Source: Candidatus Methylomirabilis limnetica (GTDB lineage Bacteria; Methylomirabilota; Methylomirabilia; Methylomirabilales; Methylomirabilaceae). Taken from it: DNA of 21,336 nucleotides. Numbering within the stretch: the stretch's first letter is position 1; each line of letters opens with the position of its first letter. Position numbers and translations under genes: made by a program. The notes below the pieces were generated by a model that worked only from the letters and a program-made list of their open reading frames with translations, was not told the origin of the DNA and ran no database searches. The stretch lies in assembly GCF_003044035.1 (NCBI RefSeq), contig NZ_NVQC01000032.1, positions 1 through 21,336 of the forward strand, written 5' to 3'. Shown in pieces: positions 7,000-14,249 of the stretch.

Positions 7000-7596
7000 C
7001 TATCGATTTCCCTGACCCCCGTTCAGTTCATCTATCCGCGTCAGTGCCTCGCCCCATGACCCTACCCGGCGCACGTTGCCAGGGAGCGGGCCCTGATTCC
7101 ACGGGTAGTCGAACAGCAGGATCGGGATAGCCGTTTCCGCCACGGCAAGAGCGACCGCCAGCTCATCCTCGATAAAGAGACCGAGATCTAATGCTGATGC
7201 CGCACCCGACTTGTGGCGCTCCACCGGGTCGAGCGCCCTGTGAACGACCGCCTCAAAGTGGGACAGTACGCCGACGCGCGTCAGCCAGTCCATCGTGATC
7301 CTCTCGTCTCGAAGCGTTCGGCCTGTGATGATGTACAGACTATGGCCGTCTTCGATCAACGCCTGTACCGCTTCTTTCGCGTGAGGTATGAGCGGACGGG
7401 CCGAGAAGAAACCGTCTTCGATCAGTGTCGAGAAGAAGTCATCGGCCTCCTGGCGAGGAATCTGTGGAAACCTGTCGGCGATCCGCCATGCCGCATCGGC
7501 AAGCCTGACCTCGAAGCCAAAGCGCTCATTAAACGCCTGCAGGTAATGCGGGAGTGAATCGGCCAGGACATCATCGAGGTCGATGCCGATCTTCAT
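7000..7596 (-). CDS. HAD-superfamily 5'(3')-deoxyribonucleotidase-like protein (NT5C family)
   Basis: MKIGIDLDDVLADSLPHYLQAFNERFG carries HAD motif I (DxDxV) in the NT5C-type context. IITGR and a later acidic motif follow. ATG (7596-7594) overlaps the helicase stop (7595-7593) as ATGA. The track's longer 7665 start would overlap the helicase by 73 nt. Confidence 0.65.
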   Translation of the reverse strand: MKIGIDLDDVLADSLPHYLQAFNERFGFEVRLADAAWRIADRFPQIPRQEADDFFSTLIEDGFFSARPLIPHAKEAVQALIEDGHSLYIITGRTLRDERITMDWLTRVGVLSHFEAVVHRALDPVERHKSGAASALDLGLFIEDELAVALAVAETAIPILLFDYPWNQGPLPGNVRRVGSWGEALTRIDELNGGQGNR

Positions 7597-10568
7597 CCCT
7601 GGCGCTCCCCGATCCATACGGTGGCGGGGCAGATGGTCCTGAAGGCGCAGAAATCGCACACCCATTGGCTGGGCTTCGCCTGAAAGAGGCCTCCACGAAT
7701 CCCGATTGCGGCCTCCCGAATCCGATCGATCGCCTGATCGAGTTCCTTTTCCTTCTTCACCGCATGGCCGACGATGACGCCGCCAGAGGTCAGGAAGTGC
7801 AACTCCACCCGATCCGGCAACCGGCCCACCGACTTCCAGTAAGCCAGCGCATACAGCGCGAGCTGCTGACTTTCCCGGGCCCCTTTGTCTGCTGCTTTGT
7901 GATCCCTGACCGACGACGACTTATAGTCAATGATCACGGTCTCGCCCTCACGCTCGTCCACCCGATCCAGAAAGCCGGTGACGATGTCGTCATCGAGCTG
8001 GAAGCTGAACCTTTTCTCGACAGACGTCGGCGGTGGCCTTATCCCGGCAACAGCATGAAACCGGGTGAGGGCATCCCGACCTTCCTGTAGTCGCCGCTCT
8101 TCATGCTCCCGGGAGATAAACCCTTCATTGACCCAGTGGGCTTCAAAGGTGTCAATTAAATCCTCAAGCGACATCGTCTGCCCAGCAATGCGGTGGGTAT
8201 TATACGCCTGGACGGCCCGATGCAGCGCGGCGCCATAGATGACCGTGTGATCTCTGAGAACAGGCACCCGCAGGATATGGACGTATTTATACTTTAACGG
8301 GCAGGTCAGGTAGTCGTCGATCTTATAGTGGGAGAGGCTGAGCGGGGTGTCGGCCCGAACAGCGAGATCGTTCGCGGTGTGGAGCGGCGGCGCGTAACGA
8401 CCTATGGCCGCCTCTGGCGTCCCTCGCCAGGGGCGCTCCTCCTCCTCTTTCGGCAGCGCCAGCGCCTCCACCAGGAACCGGCTGCGCTTCCATTCCCGCT
8501 TTGTCCCGTAATCTCTGGCCCGCGTGAGGAACAGGTACCGCTTGGCCCGAGTCATGCCGACGTAGAACAGGCGCCGCTCCTCCTGCAGGTGAAAGTCGCC
8601 GGACGGCAGCGTCTCCTTGATCAGCTCATCAGGAAGCGGGATCGCCTCCCGCCGATCGATCGAGGGAAACCGCTTCTCGACCAGGCCCACAAGAAACACC
8701 GCCTCATACTCAAGCCCCTTGGCCTTGTGGAGCGTGAGCACGGCCACCCCTTCCTCCGCCGCCTCACCCTCCGCGACGGGCGGGTTCTCTCCTGCTTCGA
8801 TCAGCATCGTCAGATACGGGACAAAGCCGGCCACGCGGTCCTGGGGCGCTACCTCGCCAAACCGCTGAACCAGACCAAAGAACAGGGCAAGGTTCCCGAC
8901 CCGTTGGTGATCCCGTGGGGAGTTCGAATGAAGCAGTCTCTTCCCGTAGCCCGGTTGTTCCATCAGGAACTCGTACAGGATACGTCCCGTCACCTCCCGA
9001 ACCGCCTTCTCCAGATACCGATGCAGGTCGGTGAGGATGGCCGTGGCAGCAGCGACCCCTTCGGTCGAGACCCCGGAAAGCTCGGGCACGGCACCAGGCC
9101 GCCTTGTCAGATCGAGCAGCACCTCGTAGAGGCTCCGATGCTTCCGACGCGCGTAGGCGTTGCAGAGGGTCAGATCCGCCGCCGGCATTCCGTAGATATC
9201 GGAGCCGGCCAGATGAAAGAGGCTCAGGGAGTCGTGTGGGTCAGCCAGGAGGCGAAGGAACGAGACCACCAGCCGTATCTCCTCCCTGTCGTACAGGCCC
9301 CTGGCGCCGCTGAAGCTCCACGGAATCCCCTTCATGTTCAGCGCCCGCAGCAACGGATCGGCATCGCTGTTTCTCCGAACGAGAATGGCGATGCTGCCAA
9401 GCGCGCACGCGTTCGCCTCGACGAGCTCCTCGACCTTCCCGGCCACCCAGTCGGCCTCCTCCTGATAGGTCTGGAAGGCCATGCTCTCAACAGCCGGGCC
9501 GTCACCACTGCACGGTCTGAGACGCTTGTCGATGCCTTCCTGGTACTCCAGGCGGTCCGGGTTATTGTGCTGGATCAGACGGTACGCGGCGCCAAGGACG
9601 CTTGGCGTCGAGCGATAGTTCTCCACCAGGACGACCGTCTCTGCCTCGGGGAACTCCCGGCGGAAGCTGAGGATGTTGCTGATTGAGGCCCCTCGAAACT
9701 TGAAGATCGACTGGTCGTCATCCCCCACCACCGTCACATTCCGATGGGAGGCCGTGAGCAGCTTTACGATCTGAAACTGGGCGTAGTTGGTATCCTGAAA
9801 CTCATCGACCAGGATATACCGGAACCGCTCCTGCAACCGTTGGAGTACCAGCGGGTGTTCCCGAAGCAAGGCAAGTGTCCGCGTCATCAGATCGCCAAAG
9901 TCTAGCTTCCCGTTCCGAGCCATCAGCTCCTGGTACTGGTGGTAGGTTCTGGCGATCTCTACCTCACGCTCTGCCCGCTCCGCCAGAGCCTTATCATCGG
10001 GAGAGGCCATCGCTCGACGTGCCAGCTCCTCTGCGTAGCTCGCGTATTGCTCGGGACCGACATCCTCGTCCTTGGCTCGACTGAACAGTTGGAGCAGCGA
10101 CTGAACATGCCGCATCGGATTACCCAGCGGCCGGAAATAGTGTAGTGGAAACTCAAACAGATGCTCTTGAAAGAAGATGACCTGCTCCGCCGCCGTGAGC
10201 AGGCGGAAGTCCGGACTCAGCCCCAGCACCAAGGCGTGATCCCGAAGCACGCGGTCTCCAAAGGCGTGGAAGGTGGAGATCCAGGTATCGGTGAACCCGT
10301 ATGGTACCAGCAGATCCACGCGCCGCTCCATCTCAGCCGCCGCCTTCTCGGTAAAGGTCAGCGCCAGCACCTGCTCCGGCCGGACCCGCTTGACGGTAAT
10401 CAGGTAGGCAATCCGGTGAGCGATCACCGTGGTCTTCCCCGTCCCGGCGCCCGCAATGATGAGCAAAGGGCCATCGCCGTGGGTAACCGCCGCCCGCTGA
10501 GCAGCATTCAGGCCCGCCAAGCCCGTCACGGGAGTACTCGCTGAGATCGTTTGAGTCTGATCCGACAT
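7593..10568 (-). CDS. UvrD/PcrA-type SF1 helicase fused to a C-terminal Cas4/AddB-like Fe-S PD-(D/E)XK nuclease
   Basis: Helicase motifs: I AGAGTGKTT, II DEFQDTN, III VGDDDQSIFKFRGA, IV ENYRS, V LHKAKGLE, VI YVGMTRAK. Nuclease motifs: GFLDRVD...VIIDYKSS. Cysteines: one N-terminal (YLTCPLKY) plus a CxxCxxxxxC cluster (CDFCAFRTIC). AGGAGG lies about 11 nt upstream of ATG 10568. Confidence 0.9.
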   Translation of the reverse strand: MSDQTQTISASTPVTGLAGLNAAQRAAVTHGDGPLLIIAGAGTGKTTVIAHRIAYLITVKRVRPEQVLALTFTEKAAAEMERRVDLLVPYGFTDTWISTFHAFGDRVLRDHALVLGLSPDFRLLTAAEQVIFFQEHLFEFPLHYFRPLGNPMRHVQSLLQLFSRAKDEDVGPEQYASYAEELARRAMASPDDKALAERAEREVEIARTYHQYQELMARNGKLDFGDLMTRTLALLREHPLVLQRLQERFRYILVDEFQDTNYAQFQIVKLLTASHRNVTVVGDDDQSIFKFRGASISNILSFRREFPEAETVVLVENYRSTPSVLGAAYRLIQHNNPDRLEYQEGIDKRLRPCSGDGPAVESMAFQTYQEEADWVAGKVEELVEANACALGSIAILVRRNSDADPLLRALNMKGIPWSFSGARGLYDREEIRLVVSFLRLLADPHDSLSLFHLAGSDIYGMPAADLTLCNAYARRKHRSLYEVLLDLTRRPGAVPELSGVSTEGVAAATAILTDLHRYLEKAVREVTGRILYEFLMEQPGYGKRLLHSNSPRDHQRVGNLALFFGLVQRFGEVAPQDRVAGFVPYLTMLIEAGENPPVAEGEAAEEGVAVLTLHKAKGLEYEAVFLVGLVEKRFPSIDRREAIPLPDELIKETLPSGDFHLQEERRLFYVGMTRAKRYLFLTRARDYGTKREWKRSRFLVEALALPKEEEERPWRGTPEAAIGRYAPPLHTANDLAVRADTPLSLSHYKIDDYLTCPLKYKYVHILRVPVLRDHTVIYGAALHRAVQAYNTHRIAGQTMSLEDLIDTFEAHWVNEGFISREHEERRLQEGRDALTRFHAVAGIRPPPTSVEKRFSFQLDDDIVTGFLDRVDEREGETVIIDYKSSSVRDHKAADKGARESQQLALYALAYWKSVGRLPDRVELHFLTSGGVIVGHAVKKEKELDQAIDRIREAAIGIRGGLFQAKPSQWVCDFCAFRTICPATVWIGERQG

Positions 10569-10670
10569 TCCTCGTCAACCCTCCTGGTGTACTGTGCCAG
10601 AAGTCTCTTTACTCTGATTGTCATTCCGGGCTTGACAAGCCTGCCCCGTACTGGATACGCCGGAAACATC

Positions 10671-10798
10671 ACCCCCCACCTCAATCCTCCCCCTCAAGGG
10701 GGGAGGAGGTTAGCGTAAGACGTCCCTTCTCCCCCCTCAAGGGGAGTTCGCGTGAGGCGTCCCTTCCCCCACGAGGGGGAAGGTGAGGATGGGGGGGG
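10671..10798. repeat. Cluster of three REP-like C5-loop-G5 hairpins with flanking CACCCCCACC-type arms
   Basis: Hairpins at about 10686-10706, 10729-10746 and 10762-10783; the last has a 9-bp stem, CCTTCCCCC/GGGGGAAGG. The outer arms ACCCCCCACCTCAATCC and GGTGAGGATGGGGGGG are roughly complementary. The same unit recurs at 14106-14204 and 20002-20037. Confidence 0.7.
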
Positions 10799-10857
10799 AC
10801 TTTCGAAGCAATAACCGCCTCGAAATCAATGCATGGGTCGCTTAGCCACGTTCCATC

Positions 10858-10902
10858 ATAATATCATGATGATTCCTTCCGGCCATAATGTTCTGGCTCT
10901 TC
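10858..10902 (+). repeat. Left copy of a roughly 45-bp imperfect direct repeat (partner at 20180-20225)
   Basis: The 20-bp core CCATAATGTTCTGGCTCTTC is identical at 10883-10902 and 20206-20225. The upstream part, ATAATATCA(A)TGATG.TTC, is also shared. Hand count gives about 39 of 46 matches. Confidence 0.7.
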
Positions 10903-11015
10903 CGTCAGAATAGAGTCACCGTCACTGAAAAAAGGCTTGCCAGCCACTAATGCTTGGAGTATACCTCATAACTAGTCAATAGTTGGGTGGTTCCAAAGAA
11001 CAGCTATAGAAAGTT

Positions 11016-11092
11016 GTCATTGCGAACGAAGTGAAGCAATCTCATATTGTTGCACTGAGATTGCCACGCACCCTACTGGTACTCGCAATGAC
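11016..11092. repeat. Long nested hairpin repeat (GTCATTGCGA...TCGCAATGAC type)
   Basis: Outer arms 11016-11025 and 11083-11092 are perfect complements. Inner arms GCAATCTCA (11036-11044) and TGAGATTGC (11056-11064) are also perfect complements. Confidence 0.7.
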
Positions 11093-11206
11093 GGGAAGAA
11101 TCGAGTAGTTGCAAAGTCTATCGCTGTTCCTGGGTGGTTTGACGTACATTATAAATTTCTGCTTTCATGCTAAAATGCCGGCTGAGAAAGCCATATACCT
11201 GTTGTC

Positions 11207-11368
11207 ATGCGCGTCAAGGATTACAAGTTCTGGTTTTATGAGGCTGATCTCGATGAGCGACCGCACGTTCATGTCGGCAAACAAGGCAGAGAAGCAAAGT
11301 TCTGGCTTAAACCCGTTGGATGGGCGCGCGCGGGTAGACTTATGACTCATAGCATAAAATCGGCATAG
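11207..11368 (+). pseudogene. Truncated DUF4160-like small ORF (53 codons)
   Basis: MRVKDYKFWFYEADLDERPHVHVGKQGREAKFWLKPVGWARAG matches the DUF4160 pattern (F.FysnE..EPpHvHV....eAKFWL.PV). It stops well before the usual C-terminal helix region. It falls below the ORF-track length cutoff. Confidence 0.5.
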
Positions 11369-11501
11369 TGGGCAGTCAATAAAGGCTGCGCCCCTGCCAC
11401 AGGTAGATCGCCTATTCAATCTTAACCACGCATCGCGCCTCGACCAGATCGAGGCAGCGGCTAACGCTCTTGGACTTCATGTCGAGGTGCGGGTGGTGTA
11501 G
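11358..11501 (+). pseudogene. Start-less remnant of an antitoxin C-terminus
   Basis: An open frame with no start codon ends in RLDQIEAAANALGLHVEVRVV*. This resembles the tail of the intact antitoxin at 4031-4354 (LRKYAVAVGCKLQIRLV). Confidence 0.35.
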
Positions 11502-11545
11502 ATTTAGCGCGAGCGATGCCGGGGAATATCGGAAAGAGGCGCACG

Positions 11546-12784
11546 ATGAATGAGAAGCAAACGCCGGTCAGGGTGCTGATCGTGGACGACAACCCGGGCA
11601 AGCGCGCCGCGCTCGCCGCCGCGCTGGAGGGCCTGGACCTCGCGCTCGCCACGGTCGATTCCGGCGCACAAGCCCTGCGCGAGCTGCTGGCGCAGGATTT
11701 CGCGCTGGCGCTGCTGGACGTGAACATGCCGATCATGGACGGCTTCGAGACCGCGACGATGATCCGCGGCCGGCCGCGCTCGGCGCATCTGCCGATCATC
11801 TTCGTCACCGCCGAGCGCGACGCCGACAGCACGAGGCTGCAGGGCTATGCGCTGGGAGCAGTGGATTACATCGCGAGCCCCATCATTCCCGAAATCCTGC
11901 GCGCCAAGGTGGCGGTGTTCGCCGACCTTTACCGGCTGCGCGAGCGCAGCGAACGCAACGGCGAGGAACTGCTGCGCAAGTCCGAACAGATCGAGCGCCA
12001 GAACCTGCTGCTGCAATACGCCAACCGGATGAAGGACGAGTTCCTCGCCAACACCTCGCATGAGCTGCGCGCGCCGCTCAATTCCATCATCGGTTTCGCC
12101 GAGCTGCTGGCGACAGGCCAGGCGGGGCCGTTGAAGGCGAGGCAGACGCAATTCGCCTCCATAATCCTGGACAGCGGGCGGCGCCTGCTCTCCGTGATCA
12201 ATGACATCCTCGACCTCGCCACGCTGGAGGTGGTCAAGGTGGCGCTGGAACCGGGCGAGATCACGCTGCCGGCGCTACTGCAGGACTGCTTGACCCTGGT
12301 CAAGGGCCGCGCGTTCAAACACCGCATCAACCTTGCGCTGCAGATCGCCCCCGGGGTGGACGCGATGCGCGCCGACGCGCGCAGGCTGAAGCAGATCCTC
12401 TACAACCTGCTCTCCAACGCGGTCAAGTTCACCGCGGACGGCGGCAAGGTCGCGCTGTCGGCGCGGCACGCGCGCCGGACGCAGGCCGGCACGGAAGTGG
12501 ACGGAGTGGAATTCGCGGTGACCGACAGCGGCATCGGCATCGCGGCAGGGGACATCGACAAGCTGTTCCAGCCATTTGTCCAGCTCGACGCAGCGGGGGC
12601 GCGCCGCTACGAGGGGTCCGGGCTCGGGCTCGTTATCAGCAGGCGCCTGGCCGAACTGCACGGCGGCGCGGTGGAGGTACAAAGCGAGCCCGGCCAGGGC
12701 AGTTGCTTCACCGTCTGGCTGCCGCTCGCGCCGCCTGCCTCGGCCGCGGCGGCCGAGCGCGGATCAACCAAGGAGATACCGTGA
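11546..12784 (+). CDS. Hybrid histidine kinase with N-terminal receiver (REC-HisKA-HATPase_c)
   Basis: Receiver VRVLIVDDNPGKR...LLDVNMPIMDG...FVTA, H-box [15 protein letters not shown]-box LLSNAVKFT, G1 DSGIGI, G2 [24 protein letters not shown] lies 8 nt upstream of ATG 11546, which I prefer over 11516. Confidence 0.88.
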   Translation: MNEKQTPVRVLIVDDNPGKRAALAAALEGLDLALATVDSGAQALRELLAQDFALALLDVNMPIMDGFETATMIRGRPRSAHLPIIFVTAERDADSTRLQGYALGAVDYIASPIIPEILRAKVAVFADLYRLRERSERNGEELLRKSEQIERQNLLLQYANRMKDEFLANTSHELRAPLNSIIGFAELLATGQAGPLKARQTQFASIILDSGRRLLSVINDILDLATLEVVKVALEPGEITLPALLQDCLTLVKGRAFKHRINLALQIAPGVDAMRADARRLKQILYNLLSNAVKFTADGGKVALSARHARRTQAGTEVDGVEFAVTDSGIGIAAGDIDKLFQPFVQLDAAGARRYEGSGLGLVISRRLAELHGGAVEVQSEPGQGSCFTVWLPLAPPASAAAAERGSTKEIP

Positions 12785-13797
12785 TGGGGTCCGCTCCAAG
12801 AACCGTCCTGGTGGTGGAAGACGACGAGCACAATCGCCTGCTGCTGGAGACGCTGTTGGCCGACGACGGCCTTGCGGCGACGATGGTCGCGGACGGCGCG
12901 GCGGCCCTGGCGGCGGTGGCGGCCCGGCTCCCCGATCTCGTCATTCTGGACATCCTGCTGCCCGGCGGCATGGACGGCTTCGAAGTGGTCCGGCGTCTCA
13001 AGGCCGACCCGCGCACGCAGCCGATTCCCATCATCATACTCACCGCTCTGCTCGACCTGGAATCCCGCATCGCGGGTCTGCAGGCGGGCGCGGAAGAGTT
13101 CCTGTGCAAGCCGGTGGACCGAATCGAGCTGACGACGCGCGTGAGGAATCTGCTCAAGTTGAAGGAGTACCAGGATTTTCTGGCCGAGCACAACCGGATA
13201 CTCGAAGAGCGGGTGCTGGAACGTACGGCCTCCCTCGCGGCGAGCGATGAGCACTTCCGGGCAGTGACTCAAACCGCCGACGCCGCCATCGTCACCGCCG
13301 ACGCCGCTGGCACGATCATCGGATGGAACGCGGGGGCCGAACGGATGTTCGGCTACACCGGGGCCGAGGTCATCGGTCAAGCGCTCACCCTGTTGATACC
13401 CGAGCGCTACCGGGAGCGGCATCTCGGCGGAATGCAGCGGGTACTCGCCGGCGGCGAGCGGCATGTGATCGGCAAGAGCGTCGAACTGCACGGCATGACC
13501 AAGCGAGGCAACGAGTTTCCGCTGGAACTCTCGCTGTCCGAATGGGAAACCGCGCAAGGGCGCTTTTTCACCGGAATCATACGCGACATCACCGAGCGCA
13601 AGCAGGCGCAAGACGCGCTTTTGAGCCAACTGGACGAACTGCGGCGCTGGGAGGATGTGGGGCTCGGCCGCGAGGACCGCGTGCAGGAACTCAAGCGCGA
13701 GATAAACGAACTCTGCCGCCGCCTGGACGAGCCGGCGCGCTATCCCAGCGAGGAACCCGCGCCGGCGCAATCGCAGGCAGCGAAGCCCAAGCCATGA
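12784..13797 (+). CDS. Response regulator, REC-PAS with a coiled-coil tail and no recognisable enzymatic output domain
   Basis: Receiver VLVVEDDEHNRLL...ILDILLPGGMDG...LTAL...CKPV. PAS segment FRAVTQTADAAIVTADAAGTIIGWNAGAERMFGY...GIIRDITERKQ. The start ATG shares one nucleotide with the upstream stop (TGATG). Confidence 0.85.
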   Translation: MGSAPRTVLVVEDDEHNRLLLETLLADDGLAATMVADGAAALAAVAARLPDLVILDILLPGGMDGFEVVRRLKADPRTQPIPIIILTALLDLESRIAGLQAGAEEFLCKPVDRIELTTRVRNLLKLKEYQDFLAEHNRILEERVLERTASLAASDEHFRAVTQTADAAIVTADAAGTIIGWNAGAERMFGYTGAEVIGQALTLLIPERYRERHLGGMQRVLAGGERHVIGKSVELHGMTKRGNEFPLELSLSEWETAQGRFFTGIIRDITERKQAQDALLSQLDELRRWEDVGLGREDRVQELKREINELCRRLDEPARYPSEEPAPAQSQAAKPKP

Positions 13798-13798
13798 A

Positions 13799-13858
13799 CG
13801 GGGTCAGGTCTTGCATTGACGCATTTGCGCTCATGTGCGCTAAGGCAAGACCTGACCC
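13799..13858 (+). terminator. Stem of a probable intrinsic terminator for the REC-PAS gene, separated from its T-tract by an inserted element
   Basis: GGGTCAGGTCTTGC (13801-13814) pairs perfectly with GCAAGACCTGACCC (13845-13858), leaving a 30-nt loop. The matching T-rich tail GTTTTTCCGTTTTT now sits at 14037-14050, after the 165-bp insert. Confidence 0.45.
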
Positions 13859-14023
13859 GAATGGCATTTACTTAAGCGAAAATGCTGGGTAATACTGAAG
13901 AATTCGTAACTCCGTCATTTCGGCGCAGGCCGGAATCCAGGGCGAGAATGAATTCCTTATTCACCTGGACCCCGTGTCGTAGCACGGGGTGACGAGCTAT
14001 CTACCCTTAAGTAAGTGCCATTC
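13859..14023. mobile_element. 165-bp TIR-bounded insert flanked by an 11-bp direct duplication
   Basis: TIRs GAATGGCATTTACTTAAG (13859-13876) and CTTAAGTAAGTGCCATTC (14006-14023) match at 17 of 18 positions. AGACCTGACCC lies immediately on both sides (13848-13858 and 14024-14034). The interior holds two short hairpins: TTCGGCGCAGGCCGGAA and CCCCGTGTCGTAGCACGGGG. Confidence 0.6.
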
Positions 14024-14105
14024 AGACCTGACCCCGTTTTTCCGTTTTTCATGCGGCCGGTTTTGCGTGATCTTGGATAATCTTACTGCGTCAGAAAAGC
14101 TGATT

Positions 14106-14204
14106 CCCTCCCCCTTGATGGGGGAGGGCTAGGGTGGGGGTGAGAATTATCATGACTCGCAACGTTTTCACCCCATCCCAACCTTCCCCCGTCAAGGGGG
14201 AAGG
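14106..14204. repeat. Inverted pair of REP-like units (9-bp C/G hairpins plus arms)
   Basis: CCCTCCCCC-TTGAT-GGGGGAGGG (14106-14128) and CCTTCCCCC-GTCAA-GGGGGAAGG (14182-14204). The arms CTAGGGTGGGGGTGA and TCACCCCATCCCAAC are roughly complementary, 11 of 15. Confidence 0.7.
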
Positions 14205-14249
14205 AGTTTCTCTTGAATTTTGTGAAACAGTAAGAATAAGGAAGTTGCC

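Noticed and set aside
8328-9686. 452-aa plus-strand ORF inside the helicase gene
   Set aside because: It is antisense to a gene carrying every SF1 helicase motif. The translation is low-complexity (R/P/L/G-rich) with no recognisable domain.
10686-10783. Three similar C/G hairpins in a row, which could be mistaken for a mini CRISPR array
   Set aside because: There are only three degenerate units with irregular spacing. The intervening sequences are themselves repeated (GTTAGCGTAAGACGTCCCTT and GTTCGCGTGAGGCGTCCCTT). No cas genes are present. The same unit occurs singly and inverted elsewhere, which is REP-like behaviour.
10895-10902. GGCTCTTC inside the left direct repeat read as a solo ISL3 inverted repeat (GGCTCTTCCGTCAGAATAGAGTC resembles the IS31831-type IR I recall)
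   Set aside because: The similarity between the two direct-repeat copies extends to the left of the 8-mer, which would be outside a rightward-facing IR, and not to its right. The match beyond 11 nt rests only on my memory of one IR sequence. I kept it as a caveat within the direct-repeat finding.
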